From an uncultured Chloroflexia bacterium (GTDB lineage: Bacteria; Chloroflexota; Limnocylindria; Limnocylindrales; CSP1-4): DNA of 64,000 nucleotides. A model generated the notes under the pieces. It did no database searches. It was not told the DNA's origin and saw only the letters and a program-made list of their open reading frames with translations. The stretch's first letter is position 1; the number at the start of each line of letters is the position of its first letter. Of this stretch, positions 59,295 through 64,000 are shown piece after piece. The position numbers and the translations under genes were made by a program. The stretch is from NCBI GenBank assembly GCA_963774695.1, contig CAVZFY010000005.1:64658-128657 (forward strand), in the 5' to 3' direction.

Positions 59295-60035
59295 GTCCTG
59301 CCAGCTGATGCCGCCCAGCGGGGCGCCCGGGAGCTTCGGATGCGGCTCGCCGGTGCGCTTGTCGACCTGCTCGACGCCGCGCAGGTAGAAGCGGTTGACG
59401 AGGATCACGTCGACCTCGGGGTCGGTGACCTCGATGTCGCCGAGGCGCGCGACCGCGTCCACGATCGCCACGAACATCTCCGACGAACGGTCGAGCAGGC
59501 GGTCCGGCTCCGAGCCCGGGTGCAGGTAGACCGTGCCGACCACGCGGAACGGCGGCACCTCGAGCGCCACGTCGTAGGCGACCTTGTGGACCTTGAGCGC
59601 GGTCCGCTCCGTGTCGGTCAGCGGCGGGAGGCTGTCCTCACCGGCCGTGACCAGGATCAGGTCGTAGGGGTCGACGCTGCGCAGCCCGGGGGCCTCCTCC
59701 AGCGGCGTCGAGTTGTCCGGCGGCCCCCAGCTGACCTCGGTGATCGGAATCGCCTCGCGCTTGTTCAGCGCGTCGGAGAGGCGGCCGGAGATGTCCATCC
59801 GCCCGCGCAGGCGCCAGTCCTCCGTGAGCCCGATGAACGGCACGCCACGGGCGGGGCCGGCGCGCATGGTCGAGGCGTTCGGGAGGCCCGATGGCGACTT
59901 GCCGCCGGACGACGCCTTGCCCTTCGAGCCCGACTGCGGAGCCGGAGCGGACGCGCCCGTGGGCGAATCGCCGACCGAGCCCGCCGCCGGTGCGGCGTCG
60001 GACGGCTTCTTTCGCTTCAGGAAGTCGAACGGCAC
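59283..60035 (-). CDS. Hypothetical protein (250 aa) translationally linked to acs
   Basis: GTG 60035 with GAGGAGGA inside the last acs codons, 4 nt after the acs stop. Disordered Ser/Gly/Ala-rich N-terminus, then two similar modules (WRLRGRMDISGRLSDALNKREAIPITEV / FRVVGTVYLHPGSEPDRLLDRSSEMFVAIVDAV). No family recognised. Confidence 0.6.
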   Translation of the reverse strand: MPFDFLKRKKPSDAAPAAGSVGDSPTGASAPAPQSGSKGKASSGGKSPSGLPNASTMRAGPARGVPFIGLTEDWRLRGRMDISGRLSDALNKREAIPITEVSWGPPDNSTPLEEAPGLRSVDPYDLILVTAGEDSLPPLTDTERTALKVHKVAYDVALEVPPFRVVGTVYLHPGSEPDRLLDRSSEMFVAIVDAVARLGDIEVTDPEVDVILVNRFYLRGVEQVDKRTGEPHPKLPGAPLGGISWQDRSH

Positions 60036-60039
60036 CCCC

Positions 60040-62013
60040 TCAGTCCTCCTCGGCCTTGCCGGTGTTGTCGCGGATCGTGTCCACGACGGTGGCGTCCGCG
60101 AGCGTGGTGACGTCGCCCAGCGTGCGCCCTTCAGCGATGTCGCGCAGCAGCCTGCGCATGATCTTGCCCGACCGGGTCTTGGGGAGGTCGGGGACGAACA
60201 TCAGGAACTTCGGGCGCGCGATCGGCCCGATGACGGTCGCGACGTGCTCGCGCAGCTCGACGCCGAGGGCGTCGCTCGGCTCCTGCCCGGACTTGAGGAT
60301 CACGAAGGCGAAGATCGCCTGGCCGCTGATCGCGTCCTTCTTGCCGACGACCGCCGACTCCGCGACCGACTTGTGGTCGATCAGCGCCGACTCGACCTCG
60401 GTCGTGCTGATCCGGTGGCCGGCGACGTTCATCACGTCGTCCACCCGGCCGAGCAGCCACAGGTAGCCGTCGTCGTCGCGCTTGGCGCCGTCGCCCGCGA
60501 AGTACATGCCCGGGAACCGGCTCCAGTAGGTCTGGCGGTAGCGCTCGGGGTCGCCGTAGATGCCACGGAGCATCCCGGGCCAGGGCCGCTTGAGCACGAG
60601 GTACCCGCCGCCGCCCAGCGGCACGGAGTTGCCGTCGCCGTCGACGACGTCCGCCTCGATCCCGGGCAGCGGGAACGTCGCCGAGCCCGGCTTGGTCGTC
60701 GTGACGCCCGGCAGCGGGCTGATCATGATCTGGCCCGTCTCGGTCTGCCACCAGGTGTCGACGACCGGCGCGCGGTCGCCGCCGATGACCTCGCGGTACC
60801 AGCGCCACGCCTCGGGGTTGATCGGCTCCCCCACCGACCCGAGCACGCGCAGCGACGTCAGGTCGTGGGCCGCCGGGATCGCCTCGCCCTGCTTCATGAA
60901 GGCGCGGATCGCGGTCGGGGCGCAGTACAGGATCGTGACCTTGTAGTCCTCGATGATCTGCCACCAGCGGTCCCACGTCGGGGCATCGGGGGCGCCCTCG
61001 TACAGGACGCCGGTCGTCGCGTTGGCCAGCGGGCCGTAGACGATGTAGCTGTGGCCCGTCACCCAGCCGATGTCGGCCGCGCACCAGTAGACGTCGTCGG
61101 GCTTGATGTCGAACACGGCCCAGTGCGTGAACGCCGTGCCGAGCAGGTAGCCCGCGGACGTGTGGAGGATGCCCTTGGGCTTGGCCGTCGTCCCCGAGGT
61201 GTACAGGAGGTAGAGCATGTGCTCGCTGTCGACGGGGACCGGCGGGCAGTCGGCGGACTGGCGGTCGACGATGTCGTGCCACCACACGTCGCGCCCGGGC
61301 TCCATGGTGGAGGCGCCGTCCTTGAGGCGGTCGACGACCAGCACGTGCTCGATGGTCGGCGAGCCCGCGACGGCCTCGTCCGCGTGCGGCTTGAGCGGCA
61401 CCTTCTTGCCGCGCCGCCAGCCACCGTCCGCGGTGATCACCAGCTTCGCGCCGCAGTCCTCGATCCGACCGCCGAGGGCCTCCGCGGAGAACCCGCCGAA
61501 GACCACGGTGTGCGGGGCGCCGATCCGGGCGCAGGCCAGCATCGCGATCGGGAGCTCCGGGATCATCGGCATGTAGATCGCGACGCGGTCGCCCTTGCGG
61601 ATGCCGAGCTCGAGCAGCGCGTTGGCGGCCTTCGAGGTCTCGACCTGCAGGTCGGCGTAGGTGATCGTCCGCGTCTCGCCGGGCTCGCCGATCCAGTGGT
61701 AGGCGACCTTGTCGCCGAGGCCGTTCTCGACGTGGCGGTCGACGCAGTTGTACGCGACGTTGAGCTCGCCGCCCGTGAACCACTTCGCGAACGGCAGGTC
61801 CCACTCGAGCGTCTCGCCGAACGGCTTCGACCACGACAGCCGCTCCCGGGCCTGCCGCTCCCAGAACCCGACGTAGTCGGCCGCGGCCTCGTCGTACAGG
61901 GCGGCAGTGGCGTTCGCCTGCGCGACGAATGCGGGGTCGGGCGGGAACGTCCGATCTTCGGCGAAGAGGTTCTCGATCTCCGGCCCACCCTGGGCCTGGG
62001 GCTCGACGCTCAC
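60040..62013 (-). CDS. acs: Acetyl-coenzyme A synthetase (AMP-forming)
   Basis: GTG 62013 with GGAGGG 5 nt upstream, inside ORF 60040..62259. [58 protein letters not shown]. Intact. Confidence 0.9.
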   Translation of the reverse strand: MSVEPQAQGGPEIENLFAEDRTFPPDPAFVAQANATAALYDEAAADYVGFWERQARERLSWSKPFGETLEWDLPFAKWFTGGELNVAYNCVDRHVENGLGDKVAYHWIGEPGETRTITYADLQVETSKAANALLELGIRKGDRVAIYMPMIPELPIAMLACARIGAPHTVVFGGFSAEALGGRIEDCGAKLVITADGGWRRGKKVPLKPHADEAVAGSPTIEHVLVVDRLKDGASTMEPGRDVWWHDIVDRQSADCPPVPVDSEHMLYLLYTSGTTAKPKGILHTSAGYLLGTAFTHWAVFDIKPDDVYWCAADIGWVTGHSYIVYGPLANATTGVLYEGAPDAPTWDRWWQIIEDYKVTILYCAPTAIRAFMKQGEAIPAAHDLTSLRVLGSVGEPINPEAWRWYREVIGGDRAPVVDTWWQTETGQIMISPLPGVTTTKPGSATFPLPGIEADVVDGDGNSVPLGGGGYLVLKRPWPGMLRGIYGDPERYRQTYWSRFPGMYFAGDGAKRDDDGYLWLLGRVDDVMNVAGHRISTTEVESALIDHKSVAESAVVGKKDAISGQAIFAFVILKSGQEPSDALGVELREHVATVIGPIARPKFLMFVPDLPKTRSGKIMRRLLRDIAEGRTLGDVTTLADATVVDTIRDNTGKAEED

Positions 62014-62098
62014 GGTTCCCTCCGGATCAGCGCGTGGGTCGGGCCATTCTACGCGTTCGATCGGCGCGGCCCGAACTCGGGACGCTCCGGTGGTGCGT

Positions 62099-62893
62099 TC
62101 AGGCGAGCGGCACGGCCGCGGCGAGGGCGGGCGTCCCGCCGAGGCGCACCGAGACCGCGCCGGCCGTCTCGCGGACCTGCTGGACGAGCTCCGGGACGCG
62201 CCGGGGGGTGACGCGGAACGCCGGCCCCCAGACGTCGACCGCGGCGATGACCTGGCCACGCGCGTCGTGCACGGGCGCGGCGACGGCGTTGAGGCCGGCG
62301 TCGAACTCCCCGAATGCCGTCGCGAAGCCGCGCCGCCGGACGCGCGCCAGCTCCTCGAGCAGCGGCTCGAGGTTGACGATGGTCTTGTCGGTGAACCGGT
62401 CGAGGCCGCGACGGACGAGGCGCAGGACCTCGCGCTCGGGCAGCGACGCCAGCAGGACCTTGCCGCCGGCGACCGAGTGGACGGGCACGCAGCGGCCGGT
62501 CCAGTCCCCCATCGCGACGAGGTTGGGTCCGTCGGCCTGCGCCACGGTGAGCAGCTGGTCGCCGTCGAGCACGCCGAGGCCGGTGGTCTCCCGCGTGGCG
62601 CGGGCGAGCCGGTCGAGCTCGGGCATGGCGATGGACCGGAGGTCGAGCGTGCGCTCGGCGCGCTCGGCGAGGCGGATCACGACGAGGCCGAGGCGGTACT
62701 TGCCGCTCTCCTCGTCCTGCTCGACCAGGCCGCGCTTCTCGAGCGTGGCCAGCAGCCGCGAAGCGGTGGACTTGTGGAGACCGAGACGGCGCGCGAGCTC
62801 CGTCACGCCTGCCTCGCCGTGGCTCTCCCCGAGGGCCAGCAGCAGGGCCGCGGCCCGATCAACGGACCGGACGGCGTTCCCGTCGAGCGTCAT
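62099..62893 (-). CDS. IclR-family transcriptional regulator
   Basis: ATG 62893 inside ORF 62099..63985. [32 protein letters not shown]. The effector domain has ...[20 protein letters not shown]... Intact. Confidence 0.85.
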   Translation of the reverse strand: MTLDGNAVRSVDRAAALLLALGESHGEAGVTELARRLGLHKSTASRLLATLEKRGLVEQDEESGKYRLGLVVIRLAERAERTLDLRSIAMPELDRLARATRETTGLGVLDGDQLLTVAQADGPNLVAMGDWTGRCVPVHSVAGGKVLLASLPEREVLRLVRRGLDRFTDKTIVNLEPLLEELARVRRRGFATAFGEFDAGLNAVAAPVHDARGQVIAAVDVWGPAFRVTPRRVPELVQQVRETAGAVSVRLGGTPALAAAVPLA

Positions 62894-62946
62894 GCCTTGC
62901 GACCCTCCCGGTGGGTTCGGTGCTTGCGTGGGGTCGACGGTTGCGG

Positions 62947-64000
62947 TCATCCGGCTGCGTGGTGTGACATCGCGCCTTCGGCCTCCACGGCGAGCTCGCC
63001 GTGGGCCCGCGCATCGAGCGCCGCGTCGAGCGAGTCGCCGAAGCTGGTGATCACCCGGTCGACCGTGTCGCCCTGGGCGTGCGCCTCGCACATGAACCAG
63101 GGCTCGCGGCTGTCGGGCTCGGGCATGGCGCCGCGGGCCTGCATCCCGACGGCGATGGCGTCGTACAGCTCGTGGTCGGTGGTCGCCCAGTCGCGGTACT
63201 CGGACGCGACCTCCTCGCGGAACATGATCCCGAACATCGCCGGGTGCCCGGTGATGTGGTAGGCGAGGCCCTTCGCGTCGAGCAGGCCGCGGACGCCGTC
63301 CTGGATCGCGCGACCCGGTCGCGTGGATCGTGGCCAGCGCGTCGGTGTCGCGGAGGATCTCGAGCGTCTTGACCGCCGCCGCCGCCGCGACCCGGTTGCC
63401 GGCGTACGTGCCGCCGTGGCTGACCTTGTCGGGCAGCATCGCCATGACGTCGTCACGGCCGGCGAACGCCGCGGCCGGGTAGCCGTTGCCCATGGCCTTG
63501 GCGTAGGTCGCGAGGTCGGGGGTGATGCCGAAGTACTCGGCCGCGCCGCCCTTGGCGAACCGGAAGCCGGTCTTGACCTCGTCGAAGATCAGCAGGATCC
63601 CGAACTCCTCGGTCAGGGCGCGCATCGCCTGGTGGAAGCCCGGCTTGGGCATGATCCCCTGGGCGTTGCCGAGGACCGGCTCGACGATGATCGCCGCGAT
63701 CTGGTCGCCCTGGCGCTCGAACAGGCGGCGCAGGAAGTCGATGTTGTTGTAGCGCGCCGGGACGATGGTGTCCGCGACGGCGTCCGGGATGCCCCGGCCC
63801 CAGCGCAGCGCGACCGGGTTCTCCTCGTCGCCGAGCTCGCTCATGTCGTTGGGCCCGACGCTGATCAGCGCGTAGTCGTGGACGCCGTGGTACTGGCCCT
63901 CGAACTTCACGATCTTGTCGCGACCCGTGTACGCCCGGGCGATGCGCATCGCGTGCATCGTCGCCTCGGTGCCCGACACGGTCATCCGGGCCTTGCCGAC
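62947..64000 (-). pseudogene. Class III (PLP) aminotransferase / aminomutase-like enzyme, 5'-truncated by the window edge (one apparent frameshift)
   Basis: SGTEATMHAMRIARAYTG, IIVEPV, FDEVKTGFR (PLP Lys), GTYAGN in ORF 62099..63985, and the gene continues beyond 64000. After ...DALATIHATG the reading continues in ORF 62947..63456 (AIQDGVRGLLDAKGLAYHITGHPAMFGIMF...). Shift at about 63305-63318. Confidence 0.8.

Overview
Very GC-rich sequence (roughly 70% by eye) with GGAGG-type ribosome-binding sites and many 4-nt start/stop overlaps (ATGA, GTGA, TTGA). This suggests an Actinomycetota- or Chloroflexota-like chromosome, which is inference only. I support about 55 protein-coding loci. I recognised no rRNA, tRNA, CRISPR array, transposase or integrase.

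Gene content:
- Three ABC-2 exporter pairs and a five-gene Opp/Dpp-type peptide importer.
- A translationally coupled NUDIX-PhzF-PAS-like-Rieske-MSOX operon.
- A 1652-aa GAF/PAS histidine kinase and two response regulators.
- A cAMP-type signalling neighbourhood: two stand-alone cNMP-binding proteins, a flavoprotein, and two tandem cyclase-STAND-TPR genes.
- A SatD-like/DUF3307 pair.
- A GreA homologue carrying a 260-aa N-terminal extension.
- An acidic coiled-coil protein followed by a receiver-like/ParA-like ATPase.
- Housekeeping genes: rhlE, ybaK, tag, thyX, punA, moaA, acs.

Key caveat: about 20 genes can only be read by changing frame. Most of these frame changes fall in contiguous blocks that ignore gene borders (about 9.3-10.4, 23.1-23.8, 28.0-31.1 and 44.5-47.8 kb). 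About 37 kb of other coding sequence, including a 5-kb gene, shows none. I list the affected loci as pseudogenes, but local consensus error is at least as likely as real decay.

Many long alternate-frame or antisense ORFs in the track are high-GC artefacts (Arg/Pro/Gly-rich). Function calls rest on motifs I recognise by eye. Frameshift positions are approximate (about +/-15 nt).
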